Assembly (NCBI GenBank): GCA_013265495.1
Contig: MU058103.1
Coordinates: forward strand, 1,124,870 to 1,188,869
Direction of reading: 5' to 3'
Length of the DNA stretch: 64,000 nucleotides
Source: Vicugna vicugna
Lineage: Eukaryota
Made by a program: the position numbers and the translations under genes
In this document: in pieces, positions 1 to 12,970 of the stretch
How positions within the stretch are numbered: the first letter of the stretch is position 1
Layout: each line of letters opens with the position of its first letter
Notes under the pieces: generated by a model
What the model was told of the DNA's origin: nothing
Database searches by the model: none
The model's input: the letters and a program-made list of their open reading frames with translations, nothing else

Positions 1-2560
1 AAGACAGTCAGGGAGGGTCTCATTGGGAAAATGACATTTGAACACCACTTTTAGGAGGTAGAGAAGGTAGCACAGACAGTGGAGAGGAACAGTGGGAGCC
101 GGTGCTCCAGGCAGAGAGAAGAGCCACTGTACAGACTCCAAGTTGCGTTCACGCTCAGAATGTTTCAGTAAGCGAGGAGACCCCATGAGTAAGGGGAGTG
201 CAGTAAACATAAAATCAGGTTGATAAATGGTGGCAAACTGAGAGGATACATACAGGGCAAGGCAAGAAATTCTTTAACTTTGAAAAGAGGAGGGCATTGG
301 AGAGTTGTGGCAAGATTTGATGTATGTGGGTGATAACTCTGGCTGCTAATTTCAGAGTAGGCTGCTCGTAGGCCAGGGTGGAAGCAGGGAAACTGTTGGA
401 GTAGAAAGACAAGAAATAAGAGCATCAGGTGGGAGTGAGAAGGGTTGTCAGGTTCTGGATCTATTTGGAGATGAAGGCGACAAAATTTCACGATGGATTG
501 GAGGTGAAATGTGACTAAAATCAAGGAAGAAGGATATATTTATTATTTAGTTTGGAGACACTTTCCCAGTCAAAAGCAGGAGTTCATTCTGGGCCATGTT
601 TCCTTTGAGGTGGGTATCTTACCAGTGCAGTTTGAGTAGGTGGTTGGATATAAGCATTTAGGGTTCAAGGAGAGGGTTTGGGGCTGAAATAGTAAGTTGG
701 AGAGTCATTCCCATAGTGACAGTGTTGAAAGCCATGAGCCTCAAGAAGATCACCAAAGGAGTGAGACCATCTGGAGAAGAAGACAAAGGATTAAGCCCTG
801 AGGTCCTCCAGTCTTATGAGGCCAGAGAGAAGTGGATTACCTACTAAGGGAGACTGAGGAGGAGCAAAGATAAGGTAGGAGGAAAAAGGCACATGCATCG
901 TATCAGGGATGAGGCAGTTATTAATTGTTCCAAATGGTGCTGGTATTTCATGGAAGATGGAAGGACTGAGAATTGACCGTTGGATTTGGCAACAAGTATG
1001 TCATAAGTGATTTTCAGTTAAACAGCTCTGGTGGCATGGTGAGGATAGAAATCATTTAGATTAGCTTAAAACTGAAGAAAAGTGCCAGAGGTAAGAACAT
1101 CACACAGAAGGTTAAAATGTGAAGCCAGCTAAAGACAAGAGTCATAGCAGAAAGGTGAAAATGGGTTACAAAAGGTTTTTGTTTTATTATGAAAGAAATA
1201 CAAACAAGGAGTGATGCCAATAAAAGTAGGCTAATGTAAAGAAACAGTGATGACACAGGAGGGAGGAGAATTGCTGAGACGATGGAGAAATGAATGGATT
1301 AGGGATGTGCATGTCAGGCGTCACAAGACCTGCAGTCACAGTCATAGTTTAAAGGGAGCCTACTCAGTCTGCTTTTGTTGTTTTGTTTCCCTCTAGTCAT
1401 AGTCGACTGCCAGGTATAGGCATCAAGTAAGTCCCGAGTTGTATATGATGGTGGTTTTCCAAGTGGATTCTGCAAAACAGTGAAAGAGGTCAGAGCATTC
1501 ATGCAAGGAAGTGATTAACATGTTGGCCTTGGGATTTAAGCTGTATATAGAGGAATATAGGACTTAAACTGAGAAGGGACAGAGATGAAGCGATTAGATG
1601 AAGGGATCGGAAGTCCCGGTCAGGTGAAAGGATGATTAGCATTGGGGGTTTTCGAGGAAGTAACTGGGAAGCGGTGTTAGAAAATAATGCCAGAGAGTTG
1701 GACACGTTCATTTGAGGTTACAGAAGTATTGCAGTTGTGGTAAATAAGATGTGCGGAGATCCAGGGCAAAGTGGCTCAAGTAGAGTGGAGGACAATGTGT
1801 CTGAGGAGAAGGTTGAGGTCACAGAGCCGAGAGGAGATGAGAGCATTAGAAGCATTGTCTGTCTACATATAAATTAAAATACCCAAATGCTAAGACAGAG
1901 TAATATTGAAGAGAATGACAATGAACCAGAAATGAAAGGTGGTGGGATCCAAAACTTGAGATTTTCAGGGACTGTGGCAGTGATGTGCCCATAAAGATGT
2001 AACAACCAGCTCTCTGGAGAACAAAAGAAAATCACCCTGATTTTTAGTGTATGTCAGTTTCTGTGGTGTAAATTGCACCATGGTGCCTCCAAGCTACTAA
2101 TAGAATATTACCAAACAGAGTTGGGAAGAAATGTGCACAATTAGCTCTCATGAGTAGGTTCCAGCCAGCTCCCGCATACCACAGAAGCATGGTCTGGAAA
2201 TGGTGATAAGGAGCAGGAAGGCCCTGGCCCCAGCTGTCAGTCCAGTAGTACAGGGCCCAAGTGAGAGTGAAAAAGGTCCCCAGTTATGAGGGCTTCATGG
2301 GAAGCAGAGGCCTTTGGAGGGTTAGGGGAGGCCAGTTTTTTGTAAGAGCGAAAAAGTTGAAGAGGACATTTGGAGAAGAATTTGAGGGTTTGGGAAATTT
2401 TCCTGGTGATAGAATTCCTCTAATAATAGAAACTTCTGAGTTCCAGAGGCTTCCAAGGGGGGATTTAAAGGTAAGAAAGGGGATGGAGCAACTGAGATTC
2501 TGCTTTATAGAGATAAGGGTGCAGGAGTGAGGGGTGATCTATGCATCCAGGCTTCTTGCA
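1..2560 (-). mobile_element. Long, highly decayed L2 LINE segment, interrupted by a MER63-like element
   Basis: Purine-rich antisense-L2 motifs, e.g. ggttctggatctatttggagatgaaggcgacaaaattt (~451), gagttcattctgggccatgtttcctttgagg (~580), gactgagaattgaccgttggatttggcaac (~964). The right end is vague. Confidence 0.75.
1978..2184. mobile_element. MER63-like hAT-Blackjack MITE
   Basis: cagtgatgtgc...gcataccacag termini; internal ccctgatttttagtgtatgtcagtttctgtggtgtaaat and cagagttgggaagaaatgtgcac resemble MER63. Confidence 0.7.
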
Positions 2561-2828
2561 CTGGAGGGTGAAACAGCACTAGAAGGTATTGAGATCAGGT
2601 CTGTTAGGCTCAAATCTCTGGTGGCAGCGAGGCTGTGTTAGTGAGCCCGAAGGGTATGTGTCCGGGCTGTCTCTTGACCCTTGTCGGGGATAGTGTGTGC
2701 TCACTTTCGGCGGGTAGGGCTCTCTGACTGCTACTGATGGAGCTGAGGATCTCTGAAGAGGCCAAAATTACTCAGATTGTGTGGGTGCTCTTCTGTTCCT
2801 TAAACTGCCTCAATATCCAGGAACCCTT

Positions 2829-3565
2829 TTTTAAAATTGAAATATAGTTGATTTACAATGTTGTTAGTTTTAGGTGTACAGTATAGTGATTCAGTTATAA
2901 CTATATATGTATAGATACATAGATAGATAGATAGAGAGGGAGGGAGAAAGAGAAAGAGATTAGATTTTCCATTATAGGTTATTACAACATACTGATTATT
3001 ATCCCCTGTGTTATGTAGTAAATGCTTGTTGCTTATCTATTTTATATATAGTTGTGTATATCTGTTAATCCCATACTCCTAATTTATCCCTCCTCCCCCT
3101 TTGGTAACCATAATTTTGTTTTCTATGTCTGAGTCTGTTTCTGTTTTGTAAATAGATTTTTATTATTTTTTATATTCCACATATAAGTGATACATATTTG
3201 TCTTTCTCTGTCTGACTTCATTTATATGAAAATCTCTATCTAGGTCCATCCATGTTGCTGCAAATGGCATTATTTCATCCTTTTTTATGGCTGAGTAATA
3301 TTCCATTATGTATAAATACCAACTCTTCTTTATTCATTCATTTGTTGATGGACATTTAGGTTGCTTCAGTGTCTTGGCTATTGTAAATAGTGTGGCTATG
3401 AACATTGGGGTGTATGTATCTTTTTGAATTAGGGTTTTCATCTTTTCTGGAGTGGGATTGTTGGATCATATGTTAACTGTATTTTAAGTTTTTAAGGAAC
3501 TTCCATACTGTTTTCCATAGTGGCTGCACCAATTTACATTCCCACCAACAGTGTAGGAGGGTTCA
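2829..3565 (-). mobile_element. 5'-truncated L1 (ORF2 end plus 3' UTR) with TSD
   Basis: T-run then aattgaaatatagttgatttacaatg; L1 motifs tccatccatgttgctgcaaatggc and ccatagtggctgcaccaatttacattcccaccaacagtg; flanking repeats ccaggaaccctt (2817-2828) and ccagggaccctt (3566-3577). Confidence 0.92.
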
Positions 3566-3821
3566 CCAGGGACCCTTCCTTAATTCATTAGGTTGGGTGA
3601 TTTCTCTGTCTTCATGCTCCTCCACCCTCTCTATTATCACCCTGTTATAAATCTCTAAATTGCTTACTGTTGTTCCAACATGACTGAAATCCCTGAGGGC
3701 AAAAAATCCCTTTAGTTCATCTCCGCTTTCATAGATGTGTGTCAATCCCTAATACAAGCCGAGGACATAGTAGTAGACTTCAGAGAATGTTGAGGTAAAT
3801 CATCACTGTAGTAAGTTTTAT

Positions 3822-4000
3822 CATTTATTGAGATTTTTAGTATGTGCTAAGTACTAGGCCAAGGACTTTATAAACATCATCTTGTAAGCCTCACAGCAAG
3901 GCTGCTTGATCCCACATTTTACAGAGGAGAGAACAGCATGCAGCTCAATGGATTAAATGTCTTGGCCAAAGTCAGAAACTTAATAAATGCCAGAACCAAG
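3822..4000 (-). mobile_element. MIR SINE
   Basis: catttattgag...cctcacagcaag...cccacattttacagaggag...ttaaatgtcttggccaaagtca. Confidence 0.7.
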
Positions 4001-6129
4001 GTCTTTTTTGATTTGAAATTTTGTTTTCAGCTTTTTTATTAGCTCGGTTCTGAAGGAAGCTGTGTCCATATAGAAATAAAAATAAGAATTTTAGCACTTC
4101 TTAGATTTCCTATGAGCTTAGTAGTTCTGACCATCTTCTGAGATTCTCAAGCAGGAACAAATTTAGTATTTGTAATCTTAAGGCACGTGAGCTGACAGGT
4201 TCAGATGGAACCAGGAGCAGTCACACTGAGGGTCTGCCAGATGGTAGCCACACATCTGGTGGGGAAGCAATCTGATAAATCAGTCTAAAGATAAGCCAGA
4301 TGTTAGCCTAAATCAGGAAGAGTGACAGACACTTGGCAGTCAGAAAGAAGATGCTGGGATCTAAATGCTAATGCATTGCTGTCAAATGTACATTGTAGAT
4401 TTCTTTTTCTTCAGTTCAGAGCATAAAAGCAAACAATCCCATTGAACAAATATCATTGAGTATATACTCTGTGATGTACCGAATATAAAAAGACATGTAT
4501 ATATTTTAAAAGTTGTAGTTTCTGGCCCTGGGAAGGTCAGAGTTTCTAAGAGTTGAACAAGTGATACCTACAGCGTGATGTGTGAATTGTTTTCATTGAT
4601 GGGTACAGCAGTGTGGATACTGATGATAAGAACTGGTATCAACTGATGCTAAGGAGAGTCAGCTAAAGAAAATAAGATTTTTATCCAATTTTGGAAGATG
4701 AGTATGAGTTTACGAGTAGAAAGTATAAGAAGGATCTTCCTGGTAAAATGAAGAGCACGAGTAAAGGCAGCTGGTGTGAAGAACACAATATCCAGAAGTT
4801 CTTAACTCTTCTGTTGCAGTTAGAACCCTGGCTGTGAGAATGGTGAATAGTGGTGAATAATAACACCTGCAGAGAAATCCAGCACCTTGCATACTGTGCT
4901 AAGAGTTTGGACATCAAAATAAATTTAAATCTTAAGCTCTGTCATCTATACAATTACTGAATTCTTAAGCATTGCTTAGATATGGGGGAGAATTCAAGCA
5001 GGTGGGAAATGATACATCTCTACCTACAGTGAACTTAGGTACAGCTTAGGGAGGGAAAAAAATGAATGCAAAATACTTAGAGAACGAGCTCACTGCTACA
5101 AAATATATGTTGTTCAGTAGGAGTTCCAAAAAGGGCAAAGCATTGTGACTTGGGGTCACCAAGGAAGACTTCAAAAAGAGCAGGGTTTTTAAGGTAGACC
5201 TCCAAAGGTGGGTAGAATTTTAACAACTCTGCTTATGGTTAATGTTCACATGTGTTTTTAGCTTATGACCTCAGCATTTCCCATTTCACTTCCTTGTCCT
5301 TACTTCGTGATAGACATAAAACAAAGATCAGTGCCATGGTTTCACATGTGCAGAAGCTCATAAGGGCCAAGTGTCCACTGTTACACAGTTAAGAGGCACC
5401 AGGGATATGATCTCAGTGATGATGTGTCTAATTCCATAGTCAGGCATCAGATTCTTGTCAACTGGGAAACCTTTAAAGAAGATTGATTGGAGCAGAGCGA
5501 GGAAAACACTTCTTTCTCCATCAGAGGCATCCAAGCTTGTGTGGATGTGTCCATATGTAGTTGAATGTGAGCAAAACTCCTTTACTGAGAGAAGCCCTAG
5601 AACTCAGTGTGACTCAGAGAACGCAGCAGGCTTGGCTGGGTGTCATCCAACCGCCCGGAGAGAATGATGGTCAAGGACATGGACCAGCCGTATCGGCTCT
5701 CTCGATACCCTCTTGCACAGACAAAACGCAACAGCAGATTTGGCCAAGGCTGCAGCCAGCAGGGGACACTATTCGTGAAAGCCTTGCTCCATGGTCTTAG
5801 AAGGTCTGGGGACATTCTGACCCTAAGGACGTAGTCCTCATTGTGACCAGGGCTGGCTTCTCACAGCCTGCCTTCCCCTTTAGCTGAAGGCTTCCGGGCT
5901 ATATTCTAGGAGTCACTTTTCAGGGAAAGCGGGAGAGGAAGCACACTGTATGCACAGGTACTTTGCTGGATGTGGTACATATAGCCTCTACTCTAGTCTC
6001 CGAGATGACATGCATTTGCCTCTGCATCCTGCCCCATGGCACGTCTTGATTCCAGGCTATCCTTGGAAATGGGAAAGCAAACATGCAGAGAGGGCTAGTA
6101 CATTTTCATAATCCATGGAGCTCTGAGAC

Positions 6130-6300
6130 CTTTACCTGTATTATTTAGTATAACGCTCAGAATAACCCTGAGAAGTAGGTGCTCTTATTATCCCCATTTG
6201 CACAGATGAGGAAATGGAAGTCCAGAGTTTAAATAACCTTCCCATGGTCATTATGGCCAGTAAGTGGTGGAACCTGACTGGCACCCGGATGACTAACTCC
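6130..6300 (-). mobile_element. MIR SINE
   Basis: Core aataaccctgagaagtaggtgctcttattatccccatttgcacagatgaggaaatggaag. Confidence 0.85.
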
Positions 6301-6472
6301 ATTGGATCACGGCACCATCCTGTCTCATAACACTAAAAGGAAAGATAAATGCCATTTGGGCAGAGAGATCAAGAAACCTGAACCCAGTCCAGCATGGTTT
6401 GGTTAACTCATGGCTAAAATGGAGAATTCGCTCCTGTGCTGTAAAGATAACCGCGTGCTTTTATTTCTCGTG

Positions 6473-6530
6473 CAGTTTATCTCCTCACCATCCTTTGTTC
6501 CCAGTTTATCTCCTCACCATCCTTTGTTCC
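6473..6530. repeat. Perfect 2 x 29 bp tandem duplication
   Basis: cagtttatctcctcaccatcctttgttcc occurs at 6473-6501 and 6502-6530. Confidence 0.97.
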
Positions 6531-6904
6531 ATCTGCCCCGTAATATGCTACCTATAGCTGCCAGGGTGCGATATGCTAGACCTTGAAAAAAATGGTGTGT
6601 ATATATATAAATATATAAAACGTACATGTATACATAAATATGTACATATCTGTTCTATCATATACGTATTAGTATTTTTCTGTGTATATTCTTAGAATTT
6701 TTACAATATATTGTATCAGACAGACTCCAGGCCACTGATTAGATCATCCTTTTTAGCTCTCACTCTGAAGATGCCCCTTGGTCTGATTCTTCAGGGGAAA
6801 AGAAACTGTGCTGCCAATATTGTGCTTGGATGGTAAAGGCTGGTTAGAAAGAGTGCATCCTGAGGAGCCTTCTGGAGAATCAGATGATAATAAAGTAATG
6901 TTAT

Positions 6905-7055
6905 GAGACAGACCAGTGGTCCAACCCAGTTTCAGTTGCTTGTTAGTCTTATGATTAGGAACCTCTTGTTTGTAAATTATAATGTCCACCTCATAGGATT
7001 GTATGTGGATTAAATGAGAAAATGTTTCCATAGCACCTTGTAAAGTGTCTAGCCC
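6905..7055 (+). mobile_element. MIR SINE
   Basis: cacctcataggattgtatgtggattaaatgagaaaatg. Confidence 0.7.
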
Positions 7056-7124
7056 GTTCATTCATTTAAATATATTTTGACAGTTGTTTTTTAGTTTGGA
7101 CATGAAGTTTTTTTTAGTTTTCTA

Positions 7125-7260
7125 GAAAGATCCAAATATCATTGTGTGTTTCCGTGTGCCAGACATTTTGCAAAGTGCTAGATAGTCACCAAAATGGAAA
7201 CAGATGGAGGTCCTGTGTCCATAGGGTTCACTCTGGTTGAAAAGGGAGATAAAAACACAT
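7125..7260 (-). mobile_element. L2 3' fragment
   Basis: gtgtgccagacattttgcaaagtgctaga...aaacagatggaggtcctgtgtccatagggttcactctg. Confidence 0.65.
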
Positions 7261-7524
7261 AAATTAATCCTAAACTGTAGACAACCTTATCTGCTCGGGA
7301 ATAGGATAGAATCCTTTAAGTCTTCTCTGTAGATAAGTGAAACTGAAAGGGAAAATGGGAATCCCTGAATGTCGTGCCTTCTAGGAGGGCTGAGACTTGC
7401 ACGTGCATGCTTCTTCAGTGCGTGTGGATGTGTCCCGCATCCTCAGTGATCCAGCATGAGTGAGTTTAAGATAAATTTCCATTCCTTATTCCTGGCTGCT
7501 CCTTCATCCTTGACTCTCTTCTCT

Positions 7525-7850
7525 CTTTCTTAGTCATGTGAATAGATTTAACTGTGATGGAAAACCCCCAAAACAAGTGGCTTAATTATACTAGATATTT
7601 TTTTCCTCTCTAATTCACAAAGATGTACAGGTGTAGGTTGTTCACAATGACAAGAACTTTCTGTTTGGTCTTCTATAATATATAGCCTTTTAGCCCAAGG
7701 TTCCTCATTGTACACTTTGTGTCTGTAACTCCAGCCATCACTTTCCCATCAGAAAGGAAGAGTGGGCAACAAAGGGCATCTCACCTCCTTTTAAAGGCAT
7801 TTTTTTCAGAAATAACACATCTATATGCAAAGAAGGATGATAAATAGAGT
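7525..7850 (-). mobile_element. Old MaLR (MLT1-type) LTR fragment
   Basis: aaaacccccaaaacaagtggcttaa, ctccagccatcactttccc. Confidence 0.45.
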
Positions 7851-7859
7851 ATATAATCC

Positions 7860-7990
7860 AAATGCCCCCATTTTTTTTAGATAGGAAACCTGAGACGCCA
7901 AGAAATTAGATGATGTGACCAAAATCACATAGCTAGCAAATGGCAGGGTTCACATTCACACTCAAGCAATCTAGCTCCAAATCCCATTTT
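7860..7990 (-). mobile_element. MIR SINE
   Basis: ccccatttttttagataggaaacctgagac...gtgaccaaaatcacatagctagcaaatggcagg. Confidence 0.75.
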
Positions 7991-9189
7991 CTTAGGTACT
8001 AATTCCACACACCCATCCTCTGTATCTCTTAAGATAGTTAATATTTGTGTTAAAATTTGAAAGATGAATAAGGAACTGATTAGCAGAGTAAATTGGAGAA
8101 AAGAGCATCTCTGGGCAGAAGGACTCAGTGTGCTCATCGATAAATGGGAAAGTGCATCTCTTCCTTCTCAGAGCTGGTCTGAATAATCAATGGGATCAAG
8201 AAGGTAAAAGCATGTCCCAGTATCTGGCACTTTGAGAACATTCAATAAAATTGTGTTCAGGCCACAAGCCAAAAGCATGTCTGCAAAGGTCTACACAAGA
8301 GCCCTGTGGGATATACTAACCTTCTGTTAGGGGGAAAGCATAATTGAGGTTCTGTTAATGATGTAAGTGTTGATTTTACCAAAGCATTAGATGCGGTCTC
8401 TTGTAAAAATTTAATTGCAGACTTAATTCCAATTGTCTTCCACATGGATTGGAAGGTGGCCGGAGGAGAGCAATACAGGAAAACTCACATCAGCAATATG
8501 TTAATTACAGAAAAGTGTCTAAATGGAGGACGACAGTGATTTTTAATTGTGTCCATTGTTATTAAAATAAGTATCTGTGTGGATGACTTAGTACATACTT
8601 TTGATCACTTAAAACCAGCCAGCCTGTATTAAGGACATTAACAAGAAGACTTCACTTTTTACCATCTCTATCTAACATTAACCCATTTGAGCAAATTTAA
8701 TCATATTTACCTAAGCTTCAGACCCTTTCCTTTCCTGCCTTCCAGCTATCCAAGCTGTTCATTTGAGCATAGAAGCCTAGAAGTTTAATTCATGTTAGAG
8801 ATCAATGTATTCAGCTCAGTTATTTTATAGATGGCCATACATGGGTTCCAGAAAGAGTAGCCAACTTCCCAAATGTCACCTGGGATCATTCAGGTTGAGA
8901 CAATAGGTTTGTCTTTAGATCTTTGAATTATAGATGATTCAGGATTTTAGTACCAGAAGTGAAGATATTCTTACTGTAGTTCAGAGCTCTTTCAATGTTT
9001 CAAAATTAAAGGACTCAAAGAACCCCAAAGACATGAAACCATGAACACCAACCAGGAAATAATTCTGAGGAACATATATTTAAATTGTCTATATCTATAT
9101 CCCTGTAACATTTTAAATATCCCCTAACTTTCACATGTACCCTGCTGCAGTATGCTTACTTCCTTATTTCTGTTCCTGCCCCTCCCCTG

Positions 9190-9623
9190 CTGTCCTGGTT
9201 ATCTTCCATTTGCCCCTTGAGATCCGCTATCACTGCCTGCCATTCTCCATTCTGCTCCGGGTCCCAGGAGACTGACTAGTATACTTCTCCCTTGTCCTCT
9301 GACTTCAGGTTGGCTTTAGCCAATGCAAGGCACTGGGAGAGGTGAGAGGGCAGGCAGAGGGTGGAGTCATATCACCATGGTTACCTGCATCAGTCTACTG
9401 AAGGCCACACCCCTGTCAGGCTGCTCCCTCCTTACAGCTCTCTCTCTAGGATTCCATTGTGTTTCCTCAGTTTGTCTTTCCTGAGCAGTGAAGACCCCTC
9501 AGAGGTACTAGCCCTGACACACCACACTGTCCCTTGTTGTTTACTTACATTCCGTAAATAGTCCTTTCCTTAAACTTTTCTTAAATTACACCAAGTTCTT
9601 CCTGCCGGGACTCTGACTGCCAC
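9190..9623 (+). mobile_element. LTR33-like ERVL solo LTR
   Basis: cccttgtcctctgacttcaggttggctttagccaatgcaaggcactgg; ends ttcctgccgggactctgactgccaca. Confidence 0.75.
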
Positions 9624-10979
9624 AGCTGATATCTAATATACTTTCTTGAAACAATGTGATAAACTTTTCATTTATGCCTTATTGTGAAAGGTGTAAGTAA
9701 ATTTAATTGTATATCTATACATGTACATTTATTTAGAACAAGTATAATCTCTTTAGATGTAGTTATTTGCAGCTCCTGGTACATGTTGGTACCCCAAACT
9801 ATTTCCCAAATTAAAAATGTATATATTCAATTAAGTTATTCTACACTTTGTGCAAATCACTGGAACCTGAAACTGCATGTGGGAATTTTTCTGTAAATTA
9901 CTTCAGAGAATCTTCAAAGCATTCCTGAGATAGACACTGCACTTTCTGTTTTATGAAACTGGAGGTTTTGTAGGGAGGATAAGTGACTCTTCTAAGTGTG
10001 CAGATCTAAGAAAAGTAACAACATTATGCTGTTTAGCAAATATATAACCACTGCAATGAGACAGCGAGAGTGACTAGCACTGTGGGGTTTCATCAGTAGT
10101 GTTGGAAAGGGTACTTACTCTCTGCTCTGCGGGGAGAACTCCAAGGGGAATAGAGGGAGCGAAGTATGCTACATGAATGTGCATATACAAACTTCATAGG
10201 GAAATACTTCAATTAAATGTTGTAAATAATATATGTCATCATCATTAGGGGATAAGGAGAAATTTCATATCGATTTGTGCAGACAGGAGAGGGAGAGCAG
10301 CTTGATGGTCTGAAAAGAGCCCCAGATTTAAGCTCAGGTTACTTACTAGATGGATATATTTGGGGAATTCATTTAAATACTTGTTGGTCCCCAGTGTGCC
10401 ACCTCTGCTGAGATGTCTATGTTGTCTTCTAGACAGTTATCATAAGGAAAGAGTTTATCATTTTTTCAATTTAGTATTTGGATACTTAGTTCTCTATACA
10501 TATAGAGCATGAAATGAGTACCATAAATTTGAAGAGAGGGAGAAAGGGAGGTATATCTCACAAACTAGCCTGCTGCTCCATCTTAAAGCCAACAGTTACA
10601 TCATTTCTGGTCTACGGAGAAAATACCTTATGGGAGAAAAACTTGAGGCTTGTTATTCAACTTTCTGATGGAATTTCCCCCTTTTCAAACAGAGACTGGG
10701 GTAAAACTTGTTTGGCTCATTATAACAATAAAGAATCGTGAGTGGTGTGCACCTGATTTTAGTACTCACTCATTTCAAAATAAGGTATTAGCAAACAGGA
10801 AAAATGGAATTATTTTCTAAAAATCCAGGATTTTTGTTGTTGCTGTTAAACACATACAGGCAAGATGGTTGCTACATACAGATAAATCATACAGTCCTAG
10901 GCTAAAGTCTGATTGATGCTGGAGAAGTTCCAATCCTCCTTCACTCCACCCCATTCTTCTCTCTCTCTTTTTTAATTTT

Positions 10980-11085
10980 TAAAATGGGAATAATAATAAT
11001 GATGCTCCTGTCCTAGGTCTGTATTGATTAAATGAGTTAATCAATGCAAAACATATAAAGGTAAATATTTGTTTCTGTTATTATT
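10980..11085 (+). mobile_element. MIR fragment
   Basis: aaaatgggaataataataatg...gattaaatgagttaatcaatgcaaaac. Confidence 0.65.
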
Positions 11086-11244
11086 AAAGCCATCATCATC
11101 ATCATTATTTCTACAAAGCATCCTAGTAATGTTAAGAATGGTAAAGTAACTAATTCCTGGGAGTCTACCATATGCAGGACCTCATACTAGGTATGCTGAA
11201 GATCTGTGCATTTAATGCTCAGATCAGCTGTGTAAAAGGAGGCT

Positions 11245-11400
11245 ATGTGATAAAGTAGGAGATCATGGCTTTGCAGCCCAAAACATTTAGGTCCAGATCT
11301 TGGATCTGCCCCCATTAGCTGTGTGACTTTGGCAAATTGCTTAGCATGTTTGGATGTTGGTGAATGCATTTATAAGATTGAAATAATAATTAATAACTTG
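11245..11400 (+). mobile_element. MIR SINE
   Basis: gatcttggatctgcccccattagctgtgtgactttggcaaattgcttag. Confidence 0.7.
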
Positions 11401-12079
11401 TGATGACAGTACATAGATTAATAGAAGTGTCTATCAACATGTGCATTTGTGAATATAGGTATGTGGTGTATATGCATGCGCATGTGTGTGTGTAGTTTGA
11501 GAGACTAAAAATCATTCCTTAAAGTGTAATTAATAATACTACTCTCATGATCTTATAATTGTGAATGAGAAAAACTAGGCTCAGAGAAATGTCATTGTAC
11601 GCCATGTCCATGTAAAGTTGCAGAGCCAGAATGCCAGGTCAGGCTCACATACATAGCAAGGCTTTTGTGTTCCCCTCTTCGCTGCAATGGCTCAGACAGT
11701 ATCTCTGCAGAGAATTCAGTGTGGGGTGAAGTAGAGAAAAGCTGCGTGAATACTCCACATATTTTACTAATTTAAGTTTCACGAATCCAAACCTATCTTA
11801 AATTCATATGACTTTAAGTTGTTTATCTCTTTGGTCACTTACTGTCTTTGATCCATTATTATTTTATGGGACTTCCCCGTGCATAACCTATTTATTGTTT
11901 CACAGAAGAGAATGTGCCGTTTCTTGATAAAGGCTAACAGGCAACAGGGTAGCTCTCCAAAGGGGAATTTATAAACAAGCAAATTAATACATAAATATTT
12001 CCACATTTTCAGTTTAAATAATTTCCAGGGGAAAAAAAATTGCAGACAAGTTGGGGAAGAAGATTCCATAAAAGTCCAA

Positions 12080-12970
12080 ATGCCTAGCGTTTACATTGAT
12101 TTTAATATGTGCTGAGCCTGTTCTAAGCACTTAGATTGTATTCATTCATTTAATTCTCAAAAGAACCTTATGGGATAAGTGCAATGTTCATTCTTATCTT
12201 AGATACAAGCCTACTAAGTCATAGAGAGGTAAGTATCTTGTCCAAAATCACATAGTGTCACCAAACCAAACTCTGGTTCACTCACTCCAAGTGCAGCAAA
12301 GCCAATCTACTGACACCGGGTTGTGATGAAGGAAAGTACTTTGTTTATTTGCAGGACACCAAGAAAGGAGAGTGGGCAACTAATGCTCAAAGAACCTAAG
12401 CTCCCCAGTGGATTCGGGGCAAGGGTTTTTAAAGGCATCATTAAGGTCATAGGGTGTATGATCGGCTCGTGGACATTCTTCTGATTGGCTGGTGGTGAGG
12501 TCATAAGGTGATGTTTCAGGAATCTTAATCATCGGTCTTCTGAGTCCCTTAGTCTGAAGTCGACATGCTTGTGATCGGCACGTAGTCACCAACCTCCACT
12601 GGTGGGGGGGGAGGTCTTAGTGTCTACCAAGCAACCAGAAGGCAAGGATTGTTATCCACATCCCTTGAGGAAGGACTACGAGTCCTGTGACCCCGTTGTT
12701 GAAGCTAGCAATACTTTTTTTTGATTGAAACTGCTTTTCCTTTGTTTATTTATTTTCTCACTTCTTTCATCATTAGCTATTTGAGTCTGCTCTGTGGATC
12801 TCAGGGAAGGTCTGAGAGACAAAAATTTTTTTTTCCTACAAACAAGAAGCTGGGGACACCCAGGGGTCTGCCACCAGGAAGGCCCTGCGAGGTCCTGCTC
12901 GGTTTCAGTAGCTGGTAAATGGCAAAGCCAGAACCTGAGCCTAGGCAGCTGGACCTCAGAGTTTATTCTT
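12080..12970 (-). mobile_element. MIR split by an ERV LTR (parts 12080-12255 and 12908-12970)
   Basis: tcatttaattctcaaaagaaccttatg...cttgtccaaaatcacatag resumes as ctggtaaatggcaaagccag after the LTR. Confidence 0.75.
12256..12907 (-). mobile_element. ERV1-class solo LTR (652 bp), probably lineage-specific
   Basis: Minus strand begins TGAAACCGAGCAGG and ends GGTGACA; CCAAT box (plus ctgattggct, 12481-12490); AATAAA (plus tttatt, 12344-12349); 4-bp flanks atag/gtag; cleanly interrupts a MIR. Confidence 0.88.

Noticed and set aside
5455..5834. Overlapping ORFs in a GC-richer patch as a possible exon
   Set aside because: No translation resembles a protein I recognise and there is no clear acceptor/donor pair
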